DNA of 43,479 nucleotides from Halocafeteria seosinensis (Eukaryota). The stretch lies in NCBI GenBank assembly GCA_001687465.1, contig LVLI01000512.1, forward strand, positions 1-43,479. Direction: 5' to 3'. The translations under genes and the position numbers were made by a program. Shown here one piece after another: positions 1 to 15,000 of this stretch (position 1 is the first letter of the stretch; each line of letters opens with the position of its first letter). The notes under the pieces were generated by a model. It saw nothing but the letters and a program-made list of their open reading frames with translations, was not told where the DNA came from and searched no databases.

Positions 1-70
1 GATTAGATCTTAAGAGCAACATTCATTCTCCCCGGATTACACTTGTACTACCTCTGACCTCCGGCTGCAG

Positions 71-3000
71 AAGGCAAGGAATGCATCCTGGATCTCAAGT
101 AAGGAGTGAGACCACCTCTACAGCTTAAAACAATCAGTTTTACGTTCTCTCCTGAGATTGGTCATGATTACAGCAAGAAATGGAAGGTGGAAGGACTTGT
201 GAACGATGAAGATTTTTGCTATTCTGTGGATGCCACAGCCGGAGCGGGAGCTAATGGACGCGTCTGTGCCGCTGATGCATCTGGGAGTGTCTGCGATACA
301 GTTCAGATCCAGTAAGATCTGAGTTGGACACGGCTTTAGTTTTGAAATGGTTTCCTCATTCTATCTACTTCGTAATCACAGAGCAACAGGAATGCTCAAA
401 GAGGATCCTCGTTTCGGCTTTATTCGCTACACTGATCCCATGGATGGCGAAAGTCAGTTTTGTTTCCTGATCCAATTTGATGCGTACAACGAGCCAACGG
501 GGAATGGAGGGTTTTCTTCTGGTTCAAGTATTAGCTGTATTGACGAAGATCCCCAACAATGGGCAGGAGTGATCGGTAGGTGATAAAATTCCCTTGACAT
601 GTTTGTGCGACTATTTTATATTACTTCGGGCAAGTACAGAAGGCAAAGAATGCATCCTGGATCTCAAGTAAGGAATCATGTGGTAGCTTGTATGATCTTA
701 GCTATTTCCATGTTATCGTGTTTTTTCGGTGTCTTCCAGTCGAAAGTGGAAAATCGAGGGAACCAAGAATGGTGAAGGCTTTTGCTATTCTGTGGATGCC
801 TCAGCTGGAACTGGGGGGCAGGGGCGTGTTTGTGCGGTTGATCCGTCCGGAAGCGTCTGTGATATGGTTGACCTCCAGTAAGGCTCTTGCTGAAGCAATT
901 TTGATTGGACCTACATCTGCTGTCAAGTTGTCAACCTGGTGGTCGTTAACTTACAGAGACACGGGAATGCTCAAAGCTGATCCTCGTTATGGGTTTATTC
1001 AGTATACTAGCCCCATGGACGATGGAAATCAAATTTGCTTAGTGATCGAATTTGATGCCCAGAATTATATGACTGGGAGCGGAGGGGTCGTTTCTGGCTC
1101 AAGTACTGGTTGCGTCGAACAGGACCCTCACGATTGGGCGAAAGTCATTGGTAAGTAGAGGGTCTTTCCCTCTTGTGTCAGCTGGTCCTTAGTGTCGCTA
1201 CTTGTGGAGCGTACACACTTGCAGAAGGAGAGGAATGTATTCTGGATCTGAGGTACGTCTTGGGGACCGATATACGTCGAAGGATATTGTTGCCCTGCAG
1301 CACTACTCGTGTTGTAGGACTACAGGAAGGAATGGAAATTGACAGGATTCTTCAGTGAGGAACAGAGATTTTGCCATTCTATCGATGCTTCGCGAGGCAC
1401 CAAAAACCAGGGAAGAGCATGTGGAGCAGATTTTACTGGATATGCCTGCACCAATGTAGAGGTTAAGTACGCTCATTGCCCATAACGCATAACCAAGGTA
1501 GGGCAAGCAATGAGTTATGCTTGTCTGTCGAGTTTGTCTCGCAGCTCCACCGGGCACCTGAGGGCTGATCCCCGCTTTGGCTTCATCGGTTATACAAGCC
1601 CTCTGGATAGTGATCGTCATATTTGCGCCCTGATACAATTCGACGCACACAACGAGCCAACTGGTAAAGGGAGGTTCTATTCTGCCCCGAAAGGAGACGT
1701 CATCTGTGCCAACTTGGATCCTGCGGAAGCGGCGAACGTTGTAGGTACGTGTCGCTGGCCAATGAAAATTTGGCATTTGTACTTCACACATAAGACTTTC
1801 GAATTTATCCGAGTTTTAACCATGCGGCGAGTGTGCAGAGGGAGGCGAGTGTGTTTTGTCCATAAAGTAAGGTGTCAGTGCCTAGAATATGCCACATTCA
1901 ACGCTACTATTTCCAACTCATCCCTACAGCAACATATGGAAGGTCGATGGCATATTAGCTGAAGACGACGAAGATTTCTGCCACTCCATAGATGCGAGAG
2001 GTGGCTCAGGTGCTGAAGGGCGAGCCTGCGCGGCCGATTCCTCAGGAAGTGTGTGCGAGTCTGTGCTCATCGAGTAGGTGCTGTCACCGACCTGCCGAGC
2101 TCCCTGTAATAGTTACTACTTGTGACTGTATTCTCTCACAGATCTACTGGCCCATTGAGAGTAAACCCCAATTTTGGATATATCCGATATAGGAGTCCAA
2201 TTGATTCTGCCCGCCGCATATGTTTGGTTATCGAGTTCAATGAGTCGAATGAACCCACAGGAGATGGAGGGTTCGTTTCGTCTACGAATGATGGTATCAG
2301 CTGCGTCGATCTTGATACGCAACGAGGTGCTTATGTAGTAGGTATGTTAGCAGAATACATGTATGGTAGAATGCCGATCTTTGACTGAATTCTCGTGATA
2401 CCAAATCCTTCGGTGCTACTTTGTATATGTCCATGCAGAAGGAGAAGAATGCATATTAGATATGAAGTACGTATACCTGCAGGGCCAGTTTTCGAGTCTC
2501 TACTTGTAGTTTCAGAGCAATTGCTTGAGTAATACAGTAAGAAGTGGAAAGTTGAGGGCACGTTCGGAAACGGTCAAGACATATGTCAATCGGTGGATGC
2601 CACTGGAGGAATCCACAGCGAGGGGAGAGTATGTGGTCTGGATTCGACGGGATATGCCTGCGACGTCGTAGAGATCGAGTAGGTCAATTCCTATTCATGT
2701 GCTTGGCACGACTTGTCTAGTAAACATTACGTGTGTATCGTAATATGCAGCTCAATGGGCCACTTGAGAGATGATCCCCGCTATGGCTATATCGGCTATA
2801 CTAGCCCGATGGACAGTAGTCGGCGAGCTTGCATTCTCATTCAGTTCGATAAATACAATGAACCAACCGGTTGGGGAAGCTTTTCTTCCAACGAGAAGGG
2901 TCAAATTAGTTGCAAAGACCTAGAGCCCTTGAACGGTGCGGAAGTAGTTGGTACGTACAGCGCACGTAGCATGAAGTGACGTCGACTGGGGAATTGTACT

Positions 3001-6000
3001 CTTCCAACACTTGAACATGCGTTGCAGAAGGGATCGAGTGTGGATCGGGCTTGAAGTAAGAAATTGGTGTGTTATGGATGGTGCAGTCTTCATTTTTTAT
3101 GCGTCTGTCATTTCTGTGTCCAGCAAAATTTGGAAGGTCGACGGTATATTCACCAGTAACGAAGATTTCTGTTACTCAATAGATGCCTCAGACGGCTTTG
3201 GCACCAATGGTCGAGCGTGCGCAGCCGATTCCTCCGGAAGCGCATGCGATTCCACACTGGTCGAGTACGTGTCCCTCTGGGCAGTTTTACAGAGCTCTTT
3301 TGGTAATTGCCACAACGGTTCTGTTCTGTAACAGATCCACCGGCCTCTTGATTGCGAATCCTCGATTTGGATACATTCACTTTACCAGTCCATTGGACTC
3401 CGCCCTTTCTGTTTGTTTGCTCATCGAGTTTGATAAGTTCAACCATCCTACAGGCGATGGAGGCATATTTTTGTCTATGAGTGATGATCTCAGCTGCGTT
3501 CTTCTAGAAACTCAACGAGGTGCATATGTCGTAGGTACGTTGTCTTACACCGTTGGAATGAAATTGAGGGTAGCTTATTTGGTTTACCACTTGGTGAGCC
3601 ATGCAGAAGGTGAAGAGTGTATGCTGGATTTGAGGTGCGTCATTTGGAGATCTTCAAGCATTATTAACGTGATAACATGGTACTCCTGCAGCAAGAAGTG
3701 GAGAGTTGAGGGGATTTTCCAAGATGGACAAAGCTTTTGCCGCTCTGTAGATGCCTCTGGGGGAATTCAAAGTGTGGGAAAAGTCTGTGGTGTGGACTCC
3801 ACAGGATCTACTTGTGGCAATGTGGTAATCGAGTACGCTTCTCAGTTATTGACATTTGTAAGCACTTTGTGGCTAGTAGGCAGTAAGCATGTATTTGTTG
3901 CAGTTCCATGGGTCACTTGAGAGATGATCCTCGATTTGGTTTTATCGGTTTTACTAGTCCCATGGATAGTGACCGTCGGGCGTGTATTTTAATCCAATTC
4001 GATAAATACAACCGACCAACCGGTTGGGGTAGCTTTTCGTCTGCAGCGAAGGGTGACATTTCCTGTAAAGACTTGGAACCTTCTGATGTTTCACAAGTGA
4101 GCGGTACGTGCTTCTGTGTTGCATGACTGTGTAGTCGACACTGCCGTCGTACTATGAGGGTATTCGTCTGCAAGGTTGTTCAGAAGGATTGGACTGCGTT
4201 CTACCATTGAAGTAAGGCTAGATTTATTATGGTCAAGCATGAAGGGATTTCTTTCACGATATAAAGTTTTGGTTGTTGTGGTTTCCAGCAAGAAGTGGAA
4301 GGTCGATGGAATATTGCTTGAGGATAACGAAGATTTTTGTCACTCCATCGATGCTACGGGTGGGGCAGGGACGCAGGGACGCGCCTGTGGTGCCGATTCT
4401 TCTGGTAGTGTTTGCGGGTTCGTAATGATCGAGTACGTAGCCGACGAGGAGTCTAGCTTTTGTCCCAAACCCATAGTCCGTTGCACCGTTGCCGTTTCTT
4501 CAACAGGTCCACGGGGGCTTTGACTGCAAATCCCCGTTTCGGGTACGTTCACTATCAGAGTCCAATGGAATCCGGCCGGCACATTTGTTTGATAATCGAG
4601 TTCGACCACCTGAACAAACCAACTGGAGATGGAGGAATATATCTGTCTCCTAATGAGGAACTCAGCTGCATGAATCTTGATCCGCAGCGCGGTGGATACA
4701 TAGTAGGTACGTTCCCCGTATTAGTTGACAAAGAATGTGGCAACAGCATCTTAAGTAATTTTATTTGTCAATGACAATTGGTGTGGAACGATGCAGAAGG
4801 TGAAGAGTGTAGATTGGATTTGAGGTACGCTTGAGGGAAATTTAGTTTCTTTGTATTTATAATCAATTTGGATGCGAATTATACAGCAAAAAATGGAAAG
4901 TAGAGGGCGTTTTCCAGAGTGGCCAAATTTTTTGTCATTCGGTGGATGCCTCCGCGGGAATCCACAATCAGGGAAAAGTCTGTGGCATGGACTCTAGGGG
5001 GTATGCTTGCAACCATGTAGAAATCGAGTACGTCTGTCTTAGTCGTCATATTGTTCGGACAAGCTGTTGATAGTGAACGACCGCAATTTGTGGTTTGGTT
5101 TTCGCAGTTCCATGGGCCACTTAAGAGCTGACCCTCGCTTCGGGTACATCGGCTATACTAGCCCCATGGGAAGTAACCGTCGTGCATGCATTTTAGTTCA
5201 ATTCGATAAATACAACCAACCAACTGGCAGGGGAAGTTTCTTTTCTAATGAGGAGGGGCAAATTGATTGTAGGGACTTGGAACCCTCGACCGGTGCAGAA
5301 GTAGTCGGTATGTAGTATGTCACTCAGAATAATATTGCTTCGTGGACAGCTCAGAGACTGATACATCTGTGTCTATTTGTTTGTATACTTACTCAGAAGG
5401 ATCGGACTGCGTTTTAGCATTAAGGTAAGGCTCGTCTATCATAATAAGATGTTTCATATCTACCAACCGAATATGTATATTCAGTAAAAAGTGGAAAGTC
5501 GACGGTATCCTAGTTGAGGGGAACGAAGACTTTTGTCACTCCATCGACGCTACTAGTGGATCAGGCAACGAGGGACGAGCATGCGCGGCGGATTCCTCAG
5601 GAAGTGTATGCAAAGTCGTCACGGTTGAGTAAGTTAAAGTGTAACAACTTCTCTTTCTTCACCCGTTACCAATGTTCTTTGACAGATCCACTGGAGCTTT
5701 GTTTGAAAACCCGCGTTTCGGTTACATTCACTATACGAGTCCCATGGATCCCGATCGCCGTATCTGTTTGCTTATCGAATTTGACCAACTCAACGAGCCC
5801 ACAGGAGATGGCGGCCTAGTAAGTTCGACGAGTGATGATCTCAACTGCGCCGAGCTCGGTGCACAGCGCGGTGCATACGTAGTAGGTACGTTCTTTTCAT
5901 TCATGGAGAATTCCAAGGGTTATATTCTGGTATTGACATTCTGATGTTTTGGACAGAGGGAGAGGAATGCATTTTAGACTTAAAGTAGGCTCCACCACGC

Positions 6001-9000
6001 GGAATTACCTTGAACAGACAGAACGTATTGCTTATGGACTCTGTATGCAGGAGAAAATGGAAAGTTGATGGAACATTTAGTGGGACCAGCGAAAACTTCT
6101 GTCATTCCGTGGATGCGTCGGGGGGTGAAGAAAGCGACGGAAGAGTTTGCGGCGTTGATTCCACCGGCAATGCCTGTGACACTGTGCAAATTGAGTACGT
6201 GCATTCAACCTCAGCGATATCAACGTCGCTTGTAACCGACACGACGTCTTTGTCGGACGTTACTAGTACACAGCTCCATGGGACATTTGAAGGCTGATCC
6301 TCGATTCGGATTTATCGCATATACTAGTCCATTCGCTAGTGATCGTCGGGCCTGTATGGTGATCAAGTTTGATCAATTCAATCAACCAACAGGAAGGGGT
6401 GGTTTCTATTCCTCTCCGAAAGGTGATTTTACTTGTGATGATGTCGATCCGGTCGAGGGAGCCGTTGCTGTCGGTAGGTTCCCTTTCCAAGCGCCAGTAT
6501 GCGTAGGGCAAGAGCATATTCTCCTTTGTTGAATGTGACTTTATTTTGCAGAAGGGACCGAATGCGTTTTAGATTTGAAGTAAGCCGAATTTTGTTGCCC
6601 GGGCTCTCCCTCGAGAGAGTGAATCGTTGCGTATTGCAGTAAGAAATGGAAAGTTGACGGCATATTGAGCGATACGGATGAGGACTTCTGCCACTCTATA
6701 GATGCATCGCGCGGCAGAGGGAACGAAGGTCGAGCGTGCACCGCTGATTCTTCAGGGAGCAAATGTAATAGTGTACAAATTGCGTAAGTCTTGAATGCGC
6801 TCACCAAAGACCAGGCGGAAAGTACTTGCCACAATATGCTATGCAACGTTCAGGTCTATGGGACTGCTTACCGCCAACCCTAGATTTGGATTCATTGGCT
6901 ACGCGAATCCAATGGAATCTTCACGTTTTGTCTGTCTGCTAATTGAATTTGATCAGTCAAATCAACCTACTGGAAATGGAGGTTTCTATTCCGCTGTCAG
7001 TGGCGATATAAGCTGCAGCGACCTACAGCCGCAACAAGGCGCCTATGTGGCAGGTACGTGGTTTGTTCTATGCATTATCAGGTTTCAAATTAACTAGAGC
7101 CACTTTCCGAAATGATCAATGATCCTGCAGAAGGTGAAGAATGCAGATTGGATTTGAGGTAAGGATTCGCTGAATGTGTTTCAGGAACCATGATTAGCAA
7201 ATACGGTAATGTGTGCAACATTTGGCAGCAAAATGTGGAAAGTTGATGGAGTTTTTAGTGAGAACAACGAAGACTTCTGTTATTCCATAGATGCCTCAGG
7301 CGGTAGCGATAGTGAAGGACGAGCCTGTGGTGCCGATTCGTCTGGAAGCGCATGTAGCACAGTGCAAATAGAGTACGTGTTTAGAAAAGCGGTCGAAGCT
7401 CAGTGACGGGACCTGTGATTGGTGTTTATGATGGGATCTACAGTTCCATGGGACATCTCAAGGCTGATCCTCGGTTTGGAGTCATCGGATTCACGAGCCC
7501 GATGGACAGTGATCGTCGAGCGTGTATTCTTATCAAATTTGATGTCCAGAATGATCCAACCGGCTCTGGCAGTTTCTACTCTGCCCCGAAGAACGAGGTC
7601 AATTGTACTGATTTGAGTCCGTGGGAAGGGGCGGTTGTTGTAGGTACGTAACGTGGGATCACTAACACCTTCGAAACTGCGATACTTGCTTTCGTTTGCT
7701 TCTTGACCCCTATACGCAGAAGGAAAAGAGTGCACTCTCGATCTATCGTAAGCATTCTGTTGGAGGGAATATTGCTACTGTAGCATGATCTACCTTGTGC
7801 CTCACTCCTGCAGCAAGAAGTGGAAGGTTGATGGAGTCCTACTCCGAGGAAACGAAGACTTCTGTCATTCCATAGACGCTTCCAGTGGTATGGGCCGAGC
7901 CTGCGCAGCTGATTCTTCGGGAAGTGCGTGTGACTCGGTCCAAATAGAGTAAGTTTAAAGTTACAGTCTCTTGAAATCACTTTTGAAAGATTGCACAAGT
8001 AAATACATTTCTCATTCACAGATCCATGGGACTTCTGAAGGCAAATCCTCGTTTCGGATACATTGGCTACTCGAATCCGTTGAAGCCTAACCGTCGCATT
8101 TGTTTGTTAATCGAGTTTGACAAATTCAATGAGCCCACAGGAGACGGCGGATTCTACTCTACTATCAGTGGCGATGTCAATTGTTCGGATCAAAACCCGC
8201 AGCGCGGAGCGTATGTAGTAGGTAAGTCTTCAGATTTTATGCATTGCTACCAACGGTACATGTCATAGACCTCGTTATGGTCTGCCGAGTTGCAGAAGAT
8301 AAAGAATGTATCTTAGACTTAGAGTAAGTTCCCGCCTTCGATGTTCTCTAACCTAGGGGTCATTGCGGGCATGCAGTTGGGTAACGTTCTCTCTTCGACT
8401 ACCTCTGGGGACTGCAGAAAGAAATGGAAAGTAGTTGGGGTTTCCATTGGAACTGATGAGAAATTTTGTCATTCTGTGGATGCTTCCGGGGGACTCCAGA
8501 ACCAGGGCAGAGTTTGTGGCTCAGATTCTTCGGGAAACAATTGCGACACGGTCGAAATTGAGTAAGTTTGTGCAGCATATGTCCCGCAGAGTGATGATAA
8601 CCAATAATTCTTACACATAACAAGCAGTTCCTTAGACCACTTGAAGGCTGATCCTCGGTTTGGAGTTATTGGTTACACTAGCGCAATGGATAGTTCTCGC
8701 CAGGCGTGTCTTCTTATCCAGTTCGATAAATACAACGAACCCACTGGGTGGGGCAATTTCTATTCGGCTCCCAAAGATGAGATAAATTGCATGGAGTTGG
8801 GACCCTCCGCAACCTCTGTCGTAGTGGGTACGTGCTAACCCAGGCTCTCATTTCACTTGTGACACATTCAAACTCTGTGGAATTTTGCAGAAGGAGCTAG
8901 TTGTGCCTTAAATTTGACGTAAGACGTACTAATTGCTATAGTTTCTATGCACGGACGTGCGCCTCACAATGACTTTCTGGCATGTTGCAGGAAGAAGTGG

Positions 9001-12000
9001 AAAGTTGATGGTGTTTTAGTTGAGAATAATGAAGACTTTTGTCACTCAATAGATGCTTCCGGTGGTGTGGGAAGCCAAGGTCGAGCATGTGCGGCTGACG
9101 CGTCAGGTAGCTCTTGCGATTCTATACAAATCCAGTAAGCTTGCAAACTAAGTTAGTTACGGTTCGTAACGGTAGTAACCCATTTACCCTCCCTCTTGTG
9201 CAGATCCGTTGGAGCGTTGAAAGCTAACCCTCGTTTTGGATATATCGGTTACAGGAGTCCGTTAGATCCCAACCGTGACGTCTGTCTCCTGATTGAGTTC
9301 GACGACGCGAACGAACCTACGGGAAATGGAGGATTTTATTCTGATGTGAGTGGGGAGTGGAGTTGTGACGAACGATTTCCGCACACAGGGGCCTGGGTCG
9401 TGGGTAAGTGGGTTCGGCAATGAACGTTTGGGGAGCGGTTTCTTATGGACTGTTATTCTGGGTTGATTATTACAGAAGGAGAGGAGTGTATTCTGGATTT
9501 GAGGTAGGGCATAAGATGTTCATATGTACACATTCATGCTAATGCGACTCATTGGAAAAACTGATGAGAGACATACAGAAAGCTATGGAAAGTTGATGGT
9601 GTTCTCAGCGACAGCAACGAAAACTTCTGTTACTCTGTTGACGCTTCGAGTGGACCCGGAAACGATGGAAGAGCCTGCAGCACCGATTCTACGGGGAGTA
9701 CTTGTGATTCTGTGCGAGTACAGTACGTCTCTTAGATGGGAATACATTTTTATGTTGTTCAATTCCTAATCAAGCTGCGCATCACAGTTCTTTGGGACAC
9801 TTGAGAGCCGATCCAAGATTTGGATTTGTGGATTACACGAGTCCTCAAGATAGTAACTTGCGTGTTTGTCTTCTAATCCAGTTCGATAGGTACAACGAGC
9901 CAACGGGAGGCGGGGGATTCTCCTCTGCTTCAAGCAGCGACATCAGTTGTGAGGATGTTATACCGCGACTTGGAGCAACTGTCACAGGTATGTAAAGACA
10001 CTATATATTGGTGCTTCTGACATAGGTTTATGAGAATATTATTACCCTATGCAGTTGGCCGCGAATGTATCCTACTGTAAGTTCTGCAAACCAAGGTGAC
10101 ACCATATGGCGTTCAGTTCTCACGTCGCGGTATTATGCAGGCGGAAATGGAAGGTAGATGGTACCCTTAGAGACGACGATGATGAACAATTTTGCCATTC
10201 TATAGACGCGTCTGTTGGAGTAAACAGACAGGCACGTGCATGTGGTGCCGACTCTTCCGGAAGTGGCTGCGGCACGACATCCATTCAGTAAGAAGCCCCT
10301 GGGTGATGCCACAGCTCTGTATCCCGACTAATCTACTTCTGTTCTGTACCATCAGCTCTATGGGTCTGTCAGATATTGATCCTAGTTTCGGGTTTGTTGG
10401 ATATACCAGTCCAATGAATAGTAGTCACCAGATCTGTGTTCTGATAGAGTTTGACGAACGTGGAAGACCCACGGGGAATGGAGGATTCTATTCTGCTCCG
10501 GGTAGCGAACTCTCGTGCGCAAATCTGGATCCACAAACGGGGGCTACTGTCGTAGGTATGTTAACCCACAGTGTAAGCGACCATAGGCGATGTCACCCGT
10601 TCACTTTTTTGTGTGCAGACGGCGAAGAGTGTATCTTAGATTTAGCGTAAGAACTTGAAACCATAGGCTGCTTTACCACTTCAATGTGTCAAATGTCGTC
10701 CTTGTATCTGCTGTGATCTTCAGAAAGAGTTGGAAAATTGACGGAAGTTTCGAGGAGGATGGCGAGAGGTTCTGTCACTCCGCTGATGCTTCCGGTGGTG
10801 CAGGAGAGACTGGAAGGCTGTGTGTGGCTGATTCAAGTGGAAGTTTTTGTGACTTTGCCCAAATCCAGTAAGGATATTAGCAACCGCAGTAACCTTAAGG
10901 ACCGGGGTAATCCGTGCTTTAATTGTTCTTGATGCAGTGCAATGGGGCATGTGAGAGCTAATCCTCGTTTCGGATATGTCGGCTACACCAGCCCACGAGA
11001 AACTAGTGAACGAATTTGTTTGATTATCGAGTTTGACCAGTACAACACCCCAACCGGCCAAGGGGGATTCTATTCTATATCCGACGACGTCGTTGAGTGC
11101 GCTGAAGTGGAACCTAAAAAAGAATCAGTAGTAGTCGGTACGTCTCAGAGTGGCTCTATTTCTGTAAGCGAGAGCTTCGGATCGTCTTTATTGTTTATTT
11201 GTGGAAGTACAGAAGGCGAAGAATGTATACTAGAGCTCAGGTAGGATCCCGTTTTTCTCATATCGAGATATTTGGTGCAACGCTTATTGATTGTCTAAGA
11301 ATTTGAAATCCAGACGAACGTGGCAAGTGGAAGGCACTTCCAGCGACTCCAATGAGAATATTTGCTATTCAGTTGATGCATGGAGCAATTCGGATTCGGA
11401 AGTCAGAGTCTGCGGCGCCGATGCATCGGGAACTGTTTGTGGTACATTTCCAATCCGGTAAGGCGTCCGAAGCGTTGTCACTATACTGATGGGGGAATCT
11501 GACGATATCTGGGACTGCAGTTATATGGATCATTCGAAGATCAACCCACGGTTTGGAGTGGTTGGATTTGACAGCCCGATCGACAGTAGAAGGCGGGTAT
11601 GTATGTATGTGGAGTTCGATGCCCGTAACCGCCCAACAGGCAGGGGAGGGTTTTACTTGGGTCCGATTAGTTGCGCTAGTGCACCACCTCTAGATGGAAG
11701 TGTGATAACGGGTAAGTGGCTATCTTCACAGCCGAATTTATCTATTTAGCTTCCAGCTATTTGTTTCTCCTCACATACGCTCTGCAGAAGGGAACGAATG
11801 CTTGTTACGGTGCGTGCAACGTCATTTCGTGCCACAGCAGTAAGAGTATTCACCTTCATTCATTATGCTGCAGACGAAAATGGAAGCTAAGTGGCGAGCT
11901 GAGTGGTAATAATCAGAGAATCTGCTACTCTGTGGATGCATCTAAAGGAGTTGGCGCCGAAGGAACCGTATGTGGAGTGGACGGTTCCGGCACCACATGT

Positions 12001-15000
12001 GGGATGGCAAAGATTCAGTAAGAACTAGCAAGGTCTGTAAAATTCACCGGTTCAAATGCGCTTCTATTCGATTGTTATGCCATGCAGTTCCATTGGACAT
12101 TTGAATTCGAACCACCGGTTTGGTTACATTGGATTTTTTAATGCAAAGGACATTAACCAACTGATTTGCATGCTGATTGAGCTCGACGCCGAAAATAATC
12201 CTACAGGATATGGAGGCTTGCGCTTTGGGGCGAGTAGCGACATTTCATGTGAGGATTCGGCAGCAAATGCTGGATCTTTGGTAGCACGTATGTATTACTT
12301 CTTGAAAGAACTTGGTGATCAGCTCCGCTAATGCATTCTTTCATTAACTTGGTTCATGCAGAAGGTGAGGAATGCACCATTGACTTGGAGTAAGTATTGA
12401 TTTTAGTTAGAAAGTCGAAAACGTTGGTCAACTGATCCGTTAATGGCGCCATATTGTGGTCACAGAAAGAAGTGGAAAGTAGACGGCGTTCTTATGAGTA
12501 ACAACGAGAGATTCTGCTACTCGGTTGACGCATCTGCGGGCGTTGGTACAGAGGGACGTGTATGCAACGCCGACTCCAGCGGTTCTACTTGCGGGAAGGC
12601 TCAAGTAATGTAAGACAAGCAGTCGATACATGAATATGGTCATTTGTGACCTACCCTCGATGCCTCATGATGTCGACATACAGTTCGATGGGACATTCAA
12701 GTGTAGATCCGCGGTTCGGTTACGTTGGGTTCAGCAGTCCCATCGAAGAACAGCGGACTATTTGTATATTTATCCGCTTCGATTTACAAAATAAACCGAC
12801 CGGTAGTGGAGGTATGATCACGGGAGCGAAGAGTGACGTTTCCTGCAAAGGTGAAGAGCCAAACGAGGGAGCTGTAGTAACAGGTAGGCAGATACGGAAA
12901 TAAAATACCATCATATAGTGAAACGACAATTTGTTACTTCTTTATGCTGTGCAGAAGGGGAAGAATGTGTTTTGGACTTATCGTAAGCAGTTGAATAGTT
13001 TCGAAGCCTGCCCAACGCTTGAGTCATAATTTCGCCGGTGACCATCATACAGGAGGAAGTGGAAGCTTAACGGCGTTTTGGATGGCAGCGAAAATATATG
13101 CTACTCTGTGGATGCAACGAAAGGCCTGGGATCAAACGGTCGGGTATGTAGCGTGGACTCCAGTGGCAGCAGTTGTGAGATGGCGCAAATAACGTAAGCA
13201 TCTTAGATGCTGAAGCTCGGTATGCTAGAACATTCTTCCTCGAAGAAATATAAATGCAGTTCTATGGGCCATGTAAATGTTGACCCCCGCTATGGTTTCG
13301 TGGAATTCCCAAGCCCCAAAGATAGTAGGCAAACTGTCTGCCTACTTATCCAGTTTGACACGAACAATGACCCAACAGGTTACGGAACTTTGTACATCAA
13401 GGCAACCGGTGGAGGCGCATGTGCAAGCGTTCAACCGAATGAGGGCGCGACAGTAACAGGTACGTGCCAAGATAGAGGAATATTCCTCCGCTTCTCGGCA
13501 CAGTTTTGGTCACTTCATCCTCTCTGGTATCCAGAAAATGAGGAGTGTACATTGAGTCTCGCGTAAGTTAATGTATATCCCTGGAGTGATTAATCCTGGC
13601 AAACCACTCTGGATATATGCCGATACAGCAAGAAATGGAAAGTGAAGGGCATGTTGGCTGGCTCAGGTGAGAAATTCTGCTATTCTGTGGACGCCTCCGA
13701 GGGGATCAACGCGAGAGGACGAGTTTGTGAACGGGACTCTCGTGGTGAAGCATGTGGGATGGCAAATATCTTGTAAGTGTAGGAGATAACCGATCCTGTG
13801 GTCTCTGTGTCGGCATCACGATCTGGTGACATCTTACATTGCAGTTCCATGGGGCCTTTGAAGGCGAATCCTCTCTTTGGCTTTATAGGCTTTGGAAGTC
13901 CCACAAGAAGCGGTGTGACCAACTGCATAGTGATTAAATTCGATTATGCCAATAATCCAGCAGGCGCTGGAGCCCTCTGGTATGGCCCCAGTGGTGACAC
14001 ACGCTGTGCCGAAGCTGAACCAAACGATGGAGGGGTCGTTACAGGTGCGTGCAATGAAGTTTTTGAGCTGATAGAGTGAGCTCAATTATTTGTTATTGTC
14101 TGCTGGTCAGAAAATGAAGAGTGTATTCTGAATCTAGCGTAAGTCCTTACTCCGTTGAACGACGTTTTGTCTTACAGCTGCTTATCCAGTCTATGGTGAC
14201 ACAGGAAAAAATGGAAGGTTGGAGGAGCCCTGGGTGACTCTGGCGAGGAATTCTGTTATTCCGTTGACGCTTCCGGAGGAGCGGACGCTGAAGGAAGGGT
14301 ATGCCGTGTTGACTCGAATGGAAAAACATGCGAGACGACAGCCATCAGGTAAGGGGACAGATCGAGCATGCTCGGGTTGGCCGCCTTACACACTCTCGTA
14401 CCTTCTACGGTATCACAGTTCCATGGGATATCTGCATGTTGATCCTCATTTTGGCTTCGTCCGCTTCGCAAGTCCGCTTGACAGTGACAAAACCAATTGT
14501 ATACTTGTCGAGTTTGGAGATGAAAACAATCCAACAGGGAGGGGAGGTGTGATATTTGGTGCCAGCAGCGATCTGTCATGTGCGGACGCTAATCCGCTCA
14601 CCGGCGGAGTTGTTACGGGTGCGTGTAGAGGGTAGCACATCGAACGAGTATTAAAAATACATTCACTGGGATTCCTGACATGCGTCCCTGCAGAAAACGA
14701 GGAGTGCATTTTGACCCTAGCGTGAGTGCGCGCGTTTCCATTACACAGGTAACCTCAGGAGTCAGCTCTGTTTGAACTAGTACGCAGGAAGAAGTGGAAA
14801 GTTAGTGGAGCGATGAGCAATTCTAACGAGAGGTTTTGCTATTCCGTCGATGCGTCAGAAGGAACAGAAAGTGAAGGAAGAGTGTGCCGCGTGGACTCTA
14901 CCGGCCAAACATGCGGGATGGCAGAGATTAAGTAAGAGAACTTGTCACACATTCATAGTGTACGCTTTGGCCTAAGCTGCTCCTAACGTACGCGCTGCAG

